NCBI GenBank assembly: GCA_963675295.2
Contig: CAXXKJ010000002.1
Span: forward strand, 3,136,001-3,200,000
From: a bacterium
GTDB lineage: Bacteria; Electryoneota; Electryoneia; Electryoneales; Electryoneaceae
Length of the DNA: 64,000 bases
Reading direction: 5' to 3'
Shown here: piece after piece, positions 56,784 to 64,000 of the stretch
How the letters are laid out: each line of letters opens with the position of its first letter
How positions within the stretch are numbered: the first letter of the stretch is position 1
The notes under the pieces: model-generated
Database searches by the model: none
Seen by the model: the letters and a program-made list of their open reading frames with translations, nothing else
Told to the model about the DNA's origin: nothing
Position numbers and translations under genes: made by a program

Positions 56784-58844
56784 ATGTCGCGAATCCTGCT
56801 GGTAGACGATGAGGAACGGTTCCGGCAATCGCTGTCGGAACGGTTGGAATTGCGCGGGTATGAGACGGTCGGTGCGTCCAACGGCGAGGATGCAATCAAG
56901 CACATCCGCGCCAACCGTGACATCGAAGTGGTCGTGCTCGACAGGAAGATGCCCGGCATGAGCGGCGAACAGACGCTCAAGGAAATGAAGGAATTCCGTC
57001 CGGAGTTGCAGGTCGTCATCCTTACCGGGCATGGCGACCTGGAGTCGGCCAAAGAGGCTGGGAAGCTGGACGCGTTCAACTACCTCAGCAAGCCGGTTGA
57101 TCTGGATCAGCTGATCACGATCATCGAAGCCGCGCGCGAGGAGAAAACATACGCAGCTGCGCGCTATGAGGTCCCCGCCATAGAACGTGGATCGGCGTGG
57201 AAGTGGCTGCTCGGGTCACACAATTCCCGGCCGCTGTTCATCATCGCCGGGCTGCTGATCTTTACCGTGCTGGCAATGATGCCGGTGCCGCAACGATTGG
57301 TCACCTTGGTCAGCACGCCGAAAGCTCCGGCGGGTTCGGACATCACGGTGGACGCCGACATCCAGGGCTACGCCGACTACCGCAAAATGAAACCGGGCGC
57401 GACGGTTGCCGATTTCTACAGCGAAAAAAATGACATGATGCGGGAGGTCGTTGCGGACGACGGGTCGCACGGCAAAGCCCCGATGCTGCCCGAGCAGACC
57501 GCCCGCCGTGCGTTGATCATGCTTGCGCTGATCGTGCTGGCGGCGCTGTTCTGGGCGTCCGGGGCGGCACCGGTGGGTGTGACCGCGTTGCTGGTCGGTG
57601 TGGTGATGTACATCGGCGACATCCTCCCACCTGACCGTATCGCGCAGGCCTTCGCGAAGGACGCCGTCATCTTCATTTTCGGCGTGCTGGCGTTGTCGAA
57701 AGCTATCACCAAGACCGGGCTTGATCGTCGCATCGGTCTGTTCCTGCTCGCCCCTGCCAAAAACCTGACGCTGCTTCTGCTGCTGTTCCTGCCGATGCTG
57801 TCGGTGACCTGCTCGTTCGTCAGCGAACACGCGCTGGTCGCGTTCACGATGCCGTTGTTCGTGATGGTTTACGGCAACACGATGCGTACGCTGAACATCA
57901 AACGCGACCGGTCGTTGATGGTGATGTTCGCGCTCGCCCTCTGTTACGCCGCCAACTCCGGCGGGCCGGGATCTCCGGCGGCGGGCGGACGTAACGCGAT
58001 CATGGTCGGTATCCTCGCCGACTACGGCATCGCACCCAGTTTCAGCGAGTGGGTGACCTACGGCCTGCCGCTGGTGCCGGTGATGTCGTTCTGCGTCGGA
58101 CTGTATTTCTGGCTCACGTTGCGCCGGAAAACGCAGGTGAAAACGTTGAACGTGAACAGCATCGTCCGGCGCGCGTCGGAAAAAATCGGCCCGATGACGC
58201 GCGAGGAATATGTCACCTTGTTCGTGCTGCTCGGCGTGATCGTGTTGTGGGTGACCATGTCCGACAAGCTGGGTATGGGCGGGCCGGTCATCTTCGGATT
58301 GGTCGTGCTCAACCTGTTGCGGGTGCTGAGCTGGCGTGATATCGCGGGGATCCACTGGGAAGTGGTGTTCCTGTACGCATCCGCCAGCGCCATCGGGAAG
58401 GGACTGGCGGTCACCGGTGGTGCGCTGTTCATGGCGGACGGTTTCGTCAGCATCCTGCCGGACATGATGCGTTCCGGGGTCGGGCTGGCGGTCGCGACCA
58501 GCATTTTTACGGGCACGGTCACCAATTTCATGAGTGACGGCGCAACGGTCGCCGCGATCGGGCCGATCACGGTTCCGATGGCGACCATCGCCGGGATCCA
58601 CCCGTGGATGGTCGGTTTTGCGACGGCGTACGCGTCTTCGTTTGCGCACATGCTGATCATCGGGACACCGTCCAACGCGCTGGCGTTCGCGTTGGCGAAA
58701 GACCCGGTCACCGGCGAACAGCTGGTTACGCTCGGCGATTTCCTCAAGCACGGCGCAGCGATCCTTGGCATCTCGTTTGTGGTGCTATGGCTGTGGGCGT
58801 TCTTCGGCTACTGGCAATGGATCGGCTTTCCGGCGGTTGGGTAG
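56784..58844 (+). CDS. Receiver domain fused to SLC13/DASS anion transporter
   Basis: REC (VDDE, DRKMPG, LTGHG, KP) then many TM helices with SFVSEH, ANSGG.GSPAAGGRN, TNFMSD, GTPSNA. Confidence 0.88.
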   Translation: MSRILLVDDEERFRQSLSERLELRGYETVGASNGEDAIKHIRANRDIEVVVLDRKMPGMSGEQTLKEMKEFRPELQVVILTGHGDLESAKEAGKLDAFNYLSKPVDLDQLITIIEAAREEKTYAAARYEVPAIERGSAWKWLLGSHNSRPLFIIAGLLIFTVLAMMPVPQRLVTLVSTPKAPAGSDITVDADIQGYADYRKMKPGATVADFYSEKNDMMREVVADDGSHGKAPMLPEQTARRALIMLALIVLAALFWASGAAPVGVTALLVGVVMYIGDILPPDRIAQAFAKDAVIFIFGVLALSKAITKTGLDRRIGLFLLAPAKNLTLLLLLFLPMLSVTCSFVSEHALVAFTMPLFVMVYGNTMRTLNIKRDRSLMVMFALALCYAANSGGPGSPAAGGRNAIMVGILADYGIAPSFSEWVTYGLPLVPVMSFCVGLYFWLTLRRKTQVKTLNVNSIVRRASEKIGPMTREEYVTLFVLLGVIVLWVTMSDKLGMGGPVIFGLVVLNLLRVLSWRDIAGIHWEVVFLYASASAIGKGLAVTGGALFMADGFVSILPDMMRSGVGLAVATSIFTGTVTNFMSDGATVAAIGPITVPMATIAGIHPWMVGFATAYASSFAHMLIIGTPSNALAFALAKDPVTGEQLVTLGDFLKHGAAILGISFVVLWLWAFFGYWQWIGFPAVG

Positions 58845-58965
58845 CAGCGGGCAATCCGGGAGGCGGCCCCGGGGAGTCGCGCGCAGGATGGCCCGGGTCG
58901 TCTTGCGACCCGGATATCAAGCAACAAACGGACCTGAGTCTGGACATCAGGAAGGATCATCGATC

Positions 58966-59505
58966 ATGACTACGCAGAACGACACACACAGCGGCGCGGC
59001 GCCGGACGAAACATGGTCGGGCACTCCGATCCGGCTGTTGATCATCGACGACGAGACCAGTTTCCTCAATGCCATCGCCCAGCGGTTGCAGATGCGCGGG
59101 TTTGACGTCACCACCGCCAGCAACGGCACCACCGCCATCGAGATCGCGCGCAAGCACAAGTTCGATCTTGCACTGCTCGATTTGAAGATGCCCGGCATGA
59201 GCGGCAAGCAGGTGCTGGAAGTGCTGAAGCAGGAGCACAAGTTCATTGAAGTGGTGATTCTGACCGGGCATGGCTCGCTGGACAGCGCGGTCGAATGCAC
59301 CAAGCTCGGCGCGTTCGGCTACCTGCCGAAACCGTACGAACTGGACAGTCTGCTCGACACGTTGAAGGATGCGTTCACCGCACGGATGAGGAAGAAATTC
59401 GAATCCGACCAGGATCGCATGGACGAGATCGTAAATCTCGCGACCGGCGAGAGCGCGCTCGGCATCCTACGCCGGCTGAAGGAGATGGACACGACCGAGA
59501 AATGA
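58966..59505 (+). CDS. Stand-alone response regulator receiver protein
   Basis: IIDDE, LDLKMPG, LTGHGS, KPY. Confidence 0.88.
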   Translation: MTTQNDTHSGAAPDETWSGTPIRLLIIDDETSFLNAIAQRLQMRGFDVTTASNGTTAIEIARKHKFDLALLDLKMPGMSGKQVLEVLKQEHKFIEVVILTGHGSLDSAVECTKLGAFGYLPKPYELDSLLDTLKDAFTARMRKKFESDQDRMDEIVNLATGESALGILRRLKEMDTTEK

Positions 59506-59582
59506 ATCAGGTGATGATGGCATCATTCGTAGTACCTGCCATCAGAAACAAGTACCGGTAGTGTTTTAACTAGTGTTTTTCC

Positions 59583-59822
59583 ATGGGGCACTCATGGGGC
59601 AGCGTCCCCAAGAAATCCCCGTAAATCACAATAACAAGAGGCAGGAGAGAACTGGCTATCTCGCAATTATTCCTATCGTTAGCGATTGTAGTATGTTGTG
59701 ATTATTGCAGTTCACAGAACTACGGATCGGGAGGTTTGGGGTTCGAATCCCTACAGGCGTACCAGAAATAGCAAGGGGTTACGGGAAACCGTAGCCCCTT
59801 GTTTTGTTTCCATGGGGCACTG
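59583..59822 (+). other. Right att site: 137-bp arm, tRNA-Arg 3' half (59719-59764), and copy of the post-tRNA terminator/arm sequence
   Basis: Direct repeat of 31035-31138. The upstream arm is homologous to 38445-38581. Confidence 0.9.
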
Positions 59823-60146
59823 AGGGGTCGTGTTCCAAACTACGAACGACAGTGCTGAATTGCCCCCAGGTGAATTCCCCGGTTATCTCGATTATTCCCG
59901 TTGTTATGGCTCATGTCGTACAGAAGGGATTGTGTCAATTTTGATCTCAGATTGAAAGGTTTTGGATTCTAAGTCCTTAGGCCTGCACCTGGTATGCACG
60001 GGATTTTGGGTAGTCATTTCCTCTTGCTTGCACCATCCTGTGAGATGAGTGGCAACAAATCTCTCATTTGCCTTTGACACACCCGTAACAGACAACCCGT
60101 ACTCTTCCCGATCATCATCACATGAACACCGCCCGTGGAGTACATC

Positions 60147-60842
60147 ATGGCTGTATCATCCGTTCGTCCAAGCCTGCTTCTCATTCTCATCATTGCCTTG
60201 AGCGCCTGTAGTTCCAACGCTGATAAAACAACTCAGACATCCAGAAATTCCGCAACCGTCCTTCCGATGATGCATACTTCACCGTACCGGGAGTTCGTGG
60301 ATGCATGGACGGGCTCGTTTGTCAGCGAGGTATCTCAATCGTCGCAACCGGGCCGTTGGTTGGAAACGCGCCGTATCATGGCCGACAGCACCAATGGATA
60401 CTACCTCTATTACGAAGAGGGGATCACCAGAGACGATCGGCAGGGACGGGTCACCACTCGTCAGCGGGTGTACCGTTTTGTTCAGCCAGATGACACTACC
60501 CTGTGGGCAGGAGTATTCGTTTTCCGGCAACCGGAGCGTTTCACGGGATCATGGAACAATCCCGCACGGCTGGCAACGATTGAGCTGGACACGTTGTTCT
60601 ATTTGCGCGGCTGCCATCTCAGCTTCAAGCAGACTGGCACTGACCGTTTTGAAGGCCATTCGATCGGGGATACCTGCCCCTGCGACAGCAACAGCCAGGC
60701 CGATTACCTCTCGAGCCGGTTTGTACTGACGCCGACATCTCTGCTCCGAATGGACAGCGAAAAGATGCGGGTGGGCGGAGCAGCACTGAGCACACAGAGC
60801 TACAACTACGTTCGCAAGGGTACCGATTTCGCGTCTCGCTGA
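60147..60842 (+). CDS. CpcT/CpeT (DUF1001)-like lipoprotein
   Basis: Lipobox LSAC; YLYYEE..RQRVYRF, P.RF.G.W, GC...F, F.G....CP, Y..S...L pattern of T-type lyase fold proteins. Confidence 0.65.
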   Translation: MAVSSVRPSLLLILIIALSACSSNADKTTQTSRNSATVLPMMHTSPYREFVDAWTGSFVSEVSQSSQPGRWLETRRIMADSTNGYYLYYEEGITRDDRQGRVTTRQRVYRFVQPDDTTLWAGVFVFRQPERFTGSWNNPARLATIELDTLFYLRGCHLSFKQTGTDRFEGHSIGDTCPCDSNSQADYLSSRFVLTPTSLLRMDSEKMRVGGAALSTQSYNYVRKGTDFASR

Positions 60843-61280
60843 GGAAAGCAGGGAGCCCACGCGACGGAGCCCGAAAACTGTTAGTTCTTGATGGTGATAC
60901 GGTTAGCCGTTGAAATCAACGAGGTCGATTGCTTCGAGAACAGTTATCCACACGGCTGCAAAGTCGCGTCACAAGTAACGTTCAGCCTTTCAGGTTAGTT
61001 AGGTTATTCTAACTATTATTGAAAAGTTAAATTCTCCTCAAAGACACAAGTAATGATACGATCATCAGGTTAAACAAAGGCTGAACAGTTTGAGTAAACC
61101 ACACTAACATTCCAAAATTCCGGAGAGCATTCCGGGATTTATGAAACTCTAACAGGATTCATTTCCACAGCTCATACTCGCATGATAACCTCTCCCCGCG
61201 CCTTGAATACACCGTAGTACCGTACAAAACAGTTTTAAAACACTCATCGAGTGCCAACAGGCAACTCTCTGGAGGGAGAT

Positions 61281-63074
61281 ATGCGCAGGATTTCTCTGTT
61301 TATCCTTGCGGTGTTGATTCTGGCGACGGCTGCTTCCGCCCAGATCGTACTGCAGGGAACGATCACGCAGGACATGACCTTGACCAGCAACAACACCTAC
61401 CTGCTTCGCGGTGGTGTGTTCGTGGGCGATGATGTTAACGAAACCATCCTTGAGATTGAACCGGGTACCGTGATATACGGCGAAGCTGCCACCTATGGTA
61501 TGCTTGTCATTCGTCGTGGTTCGAAGATCATCGCGGACGGTACCGCGAATGCTCCGATCGTCTTCACATCTGACCAGGTGAACCCGAGCCGCAGCGACTG
61601 GGGCGGTCTCATCATCAATGGACGCGCTCACCTTAACGTGCCAGGCGGCGAAGCGTTCGGTGAAGGCTCCACCGGTCTCTACGGTGGTGGTGCGAACCCG
61701 GACGACAGCGACGACAGCGGTATCCTCCGTTACGTGCGCGTGGAATACGCCGGCCGTGAAATCAGCCCGGACAACGAGCTGAACGGTATCGCGTTCCAGG
61801 GCGTCGGTAACGGCACTGTCGTTGAATACTGCCAGGTCCACATGAACAAGGACGACGCGTTCGAGTGGTTCGGCGGTTCGGTCAACGCGAAGTATCTCTA
61901 TGCTACGGGTAACGCGGACGACACGTTTGACTGGACGGAAGGCTGGAACGGTAAGGGCCAGTTCTTCATCTGCCAGCAGTACGAAGACGACTGCGACCAG
62001 GGCATTGAAGCGGACAACAACGCGGAAAACAACGATGCGACCCCGCGTGCGCATCCGACCCTTTACAACCTGACCCTGATCGGTGCGTGGAACCAGGACA
62101 ATGGCGAATCCGACATCGGCATGCTGCTGCGTGAAGGTACTGCCGGCAATATCTACAACGCCATCGTTTACAACTTCGGCGAAGCGGCCCTCGATATCGA
62201 CCACCTCGCGACGTTCGAAAACGCCTGGGACTTCGGCAACAGCGAGCTCAATGGTGAGCTGACCGTTGACTACAGTCTCTTCTACGGCAACCATGCTGAA
62301 ACCACCTTGGACAGTGATGGTGGTCCGTTCAACGAAGAAGATTTCATGCACACGTTGAACGCGAACAACCTGTTCGTCGATCCGCTGCTTGGCAACCCGA
62401 CCACACAGCTGAATCCGAACTACACGCCGCAGGCTGGTTCCCCGGTCATCGGCGCTGGTGTCGCGGCCCCGAACGACGGGTTCTTCAGCCAGGTTGACTA
62501 CATCGGCGCGATGGGTCCGGATGAAAACTGGCTGTTCGGCTGGACCACCCCGGGTACCGGTGGCTTCCCGCCGGATGCGATCACCCAGACGACCGCGCTC
62601 GTCGGCAACCGCTTCGAGCTGGTTTCGTTGTACGTCAGCCCGCTGGATCTCGCCGCGACGTCGATCTTCGACATCGACGGTCTGCAGATCGTGCTCGCCG
62701 ACGACGGCGGCATCTTCTGGCCGGCTTTCAACATCAACACCATCGGTGATGTCAACCCGACCGAAGGTTACAAGGTCTTTGTTGACGCCGACATCGATTG
62801 GGAAAACACCGGCGCGCTGCTGGGCGAAGATGCGACCTACGACCTCGTCGCCGGTCCGTGGAACTTCGTCGGCTTCCCGTTCGCGGGTCCGGTGGATCTC
62901 GAAACCGCGCTTGCTGACATCCTGTCGCACGTGGTCGCGGTCCAGGATGATGATGGTAACCTTTACTGGCCGGGCGTCGGTATCTACGACCTGACCACGC
63001 TGCAGCCGGGCGCTGGCTACCAGATCATCGTTGACCAGAACGTTTCGTTCAACTTCAACGACGGCGTCCAGTGA
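61281..63074 (+). CDS. Secreted beta-helix (pectin-lyase-like) surface protein with C-terminal repeat domain
   Basis: Signal peptide; IEPGT, GT...PIVFTS, WGGLII.G.A, SG.LRYVRVEYAG, NELNG, DDAFEWFGG, DD.FDW..G. Confidence 0.8.
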   Translation: MRRISLFILAVLILATAASAQIVLQGTITQDMTLTSNNTYLLRGGVFVGDDVNETILEIEPGTVIYGEAATYGMLVIRRGSKIIADGTANAPIVFTSDQVNPSRSDWGGLIINGRAHLNVPGGEAFGEGSTGLYGGGANPDDSDDSGILRYVRVEYAGREISPDNELNGIAFQGVGNGTVVEYCQVHMNKDDAFEWFGGSVNAKYLYATGNADDTFDWTEGWNGKGQFFICQQYEDDCDQGIEADNNAENNDATPRAHPTLYNLTLIGAWNQDNGESDIGMLLREGTAGNIYNAIVYNFGEAALDIDHLATFENAWDFGNSELNGELTVDYSLFYGNHAETTLDSDGGPFNEEDFMHTLNANNLFVDPLLGNPTTQLNPNYTPQAGSPVIGAGVAAPNDGFFSQVDYIGAMGPDENWLFGWTTPGTGGFPPDAITQTTALVGNRFELVSLYVSPLDLAATSIFDIDGLQIVLADDGGIFWPAFNINTIGDVNPTEGYKVFVDADIDWENTGALLGEDATYDLVAGPWNFVGFPFAGPVDLETALADILSHVVAVQDDDGNLYWPGVGIYDLTTLQPGAGYQIIVDQNVSFNFNDGVQ

Positions 63075-63242
63075 TTTACGTACGGACGTTGACGTGACGT
63101 GTTATCCGTTCGGCCATGTCCGGTACTCGAAGCAGGAGACCGGGCATGTGCCGGACGTTTTTCCGTTCAACAAGCAGGATTGTGGCGACATCCCAGGGCG
63201 AGGGACGGTTGCCGCGAAGACTTTGAGGGAGAGGAGCCGGGC

Positions 63243-64000
63243 ATGACGTTGCGGGGTTGGTATGGCCTGTTGGTCCTTGGGCTGTTGCTGGCGGTGTTTG
63301 CCGGCTGTGAGGAAGCGACGGATTTGACCACACCGTGGTCGGACGAAGACATCAACGGTGGCGGTGATTCGGAGGTCATTGACGGTTGGCGAATGATCGC
63401 GATATCCGTGGATGGGGTTGCTGAAACCGCCAGCTCGGTGGGCAGCCGCACGATGGTGCTCGACCCCGGCGGCAGCGGCACCTTTTCCGCACACGCGACC
63501 ACCCGCGATCTGACGTGGTCAACCACGAATGGCTACCTCACCCTCGCCGTGCGCGACACCCTGATCGACATCTACGGCGACCTCAAGCCCAGCGGCGTCT
63601 TTTCCTACGGCACCTATCTCATCCGCAATGACTTGCTCACCTATGTCTATTCGTATGGCGGCAAGACGGTCACCGAAACCTGGACCCGTGGCATTGAATA
63701 CGGTCAGGCCAGCCTGCCGGAAACCAGCCACGATTTCGGCCTCGTCCCGATCAACGTGGATTCCACCTGGATGCTGCCGGTCGAGAACATTGGCAGCGGC
63801 CCGTTGACCGTCTTCAGCCTCACCTCGACGGATGACGGCATTTTCCAGGTCCCGGGCAACGTGGATGAGGTGATCGAACCCGGTCAGACCGGCTACTTCC
63901 CGATCACGTTCGCCCCGGAAAATACGACGTTCGAATACGGTCCGGACACGGTCTACGTCAACACCGACGACACCGAGAATCCGGAATTCATGGTGATCGT
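63243..64000 (+). CDS. Lipoprotein with lipocalin-like and ASH/HYDIN-like Ig domain (runs off right edge)
   Basis: Translated by hand: MTLRGWYGLLVLGLLLAVFAGC lipobox; HDFG.V..VENIGSGPLTV..I.PG....ITFAP..V.TDD..NP. GAGGAG RBS. Confidence 0.7.
   Translation, partial: MTLRGWYGLLVLGLLLAVFAGCEEATDLTTPWSDEDINGGGDSEVIDGWRMIAISVDGVAETASSVGSRTMVLDPGGSGTFSAHATTRDLTWSTTNGYLTLAVRDTLIDIYGDLKPSGVFSYGTYLIRNDLLTYVYSYGGKTVTETWTRGIEYGQASLPETSHDFGLVPINVDSTWMLPVENIGSGPLTVFSLTSTDDGIFQVPGNVDEVIEPGQTGYFPITFAPENTTFEYGPDTVYVNTDDTENPEFMVI

Larger units (their letters stand above)
31035..59764. mobile_element. ~28.7-kb composite genomic island integrated in tRNA-Arg(ACG)
   Basis: 46-bp direct repeat 31035-31080 / 59719-59764 with 1 mismatch. 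Integrase next to the tRNA. Paired RTGGGGCA arm-like sites at both ends and internally. Confidence 0.9.

Overview
GC-rich bacterial chromosome segment. Repeated C-terminal YPNPFN (Por/T9SS type-A-like) sorting domains suggest an FCB-group lineage (inference). Bases 1-31,000 are mostly backbone. They encode a TolC-like protein, two secreted S8 proteases and other secreted proteins, argF, an AmrB/MEMO-like protein, a YyaL-like protein, a DUF4390-NtrY pair, a GIY-YIG nuclease, a peptidase C39-RimK-GCS2 ligase operon and a TlpA-DUF6029 pair. Three small-repeat families are interspersed: GGGGACACTT palindromes, a TGTCATCCTGA inverted element and 7-bp tandem arrays, including a perfect (TCGACTT)31. 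A ~28.7-kb island is integrated at tRNA-Arg(ACG) (31004-31080; 3' half repeated at 59719-59764). Its first part is a minimal satellite-like module (tyrosine integrase, Xis/AlpA-like, Cys-rich protein, NrS-1-like primase-polymerase-HTH) with a secreted FG-GAP cargo gene. Its second part is a ~21-kb sulfur-oxyanion sensing and uptake block (cysC, porin, sbp-cysTWA, three histidine kinases, two sigma54 activators, a receiver-SLC13 fusion). The most striking feature is that the island has two homologous right-end att arms with identical geometry. One ends in a tRNA-Pro(GGG) 3' half (38580-38624) and the other in the tRNA-Arg 3' half, which suggests a dual-target or target-switching composite element. 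The window ends with a CpcT-like lipoprotein and two secreted or lipoprotein genes. All calls come from reading motifs by eye; no database searches were run.
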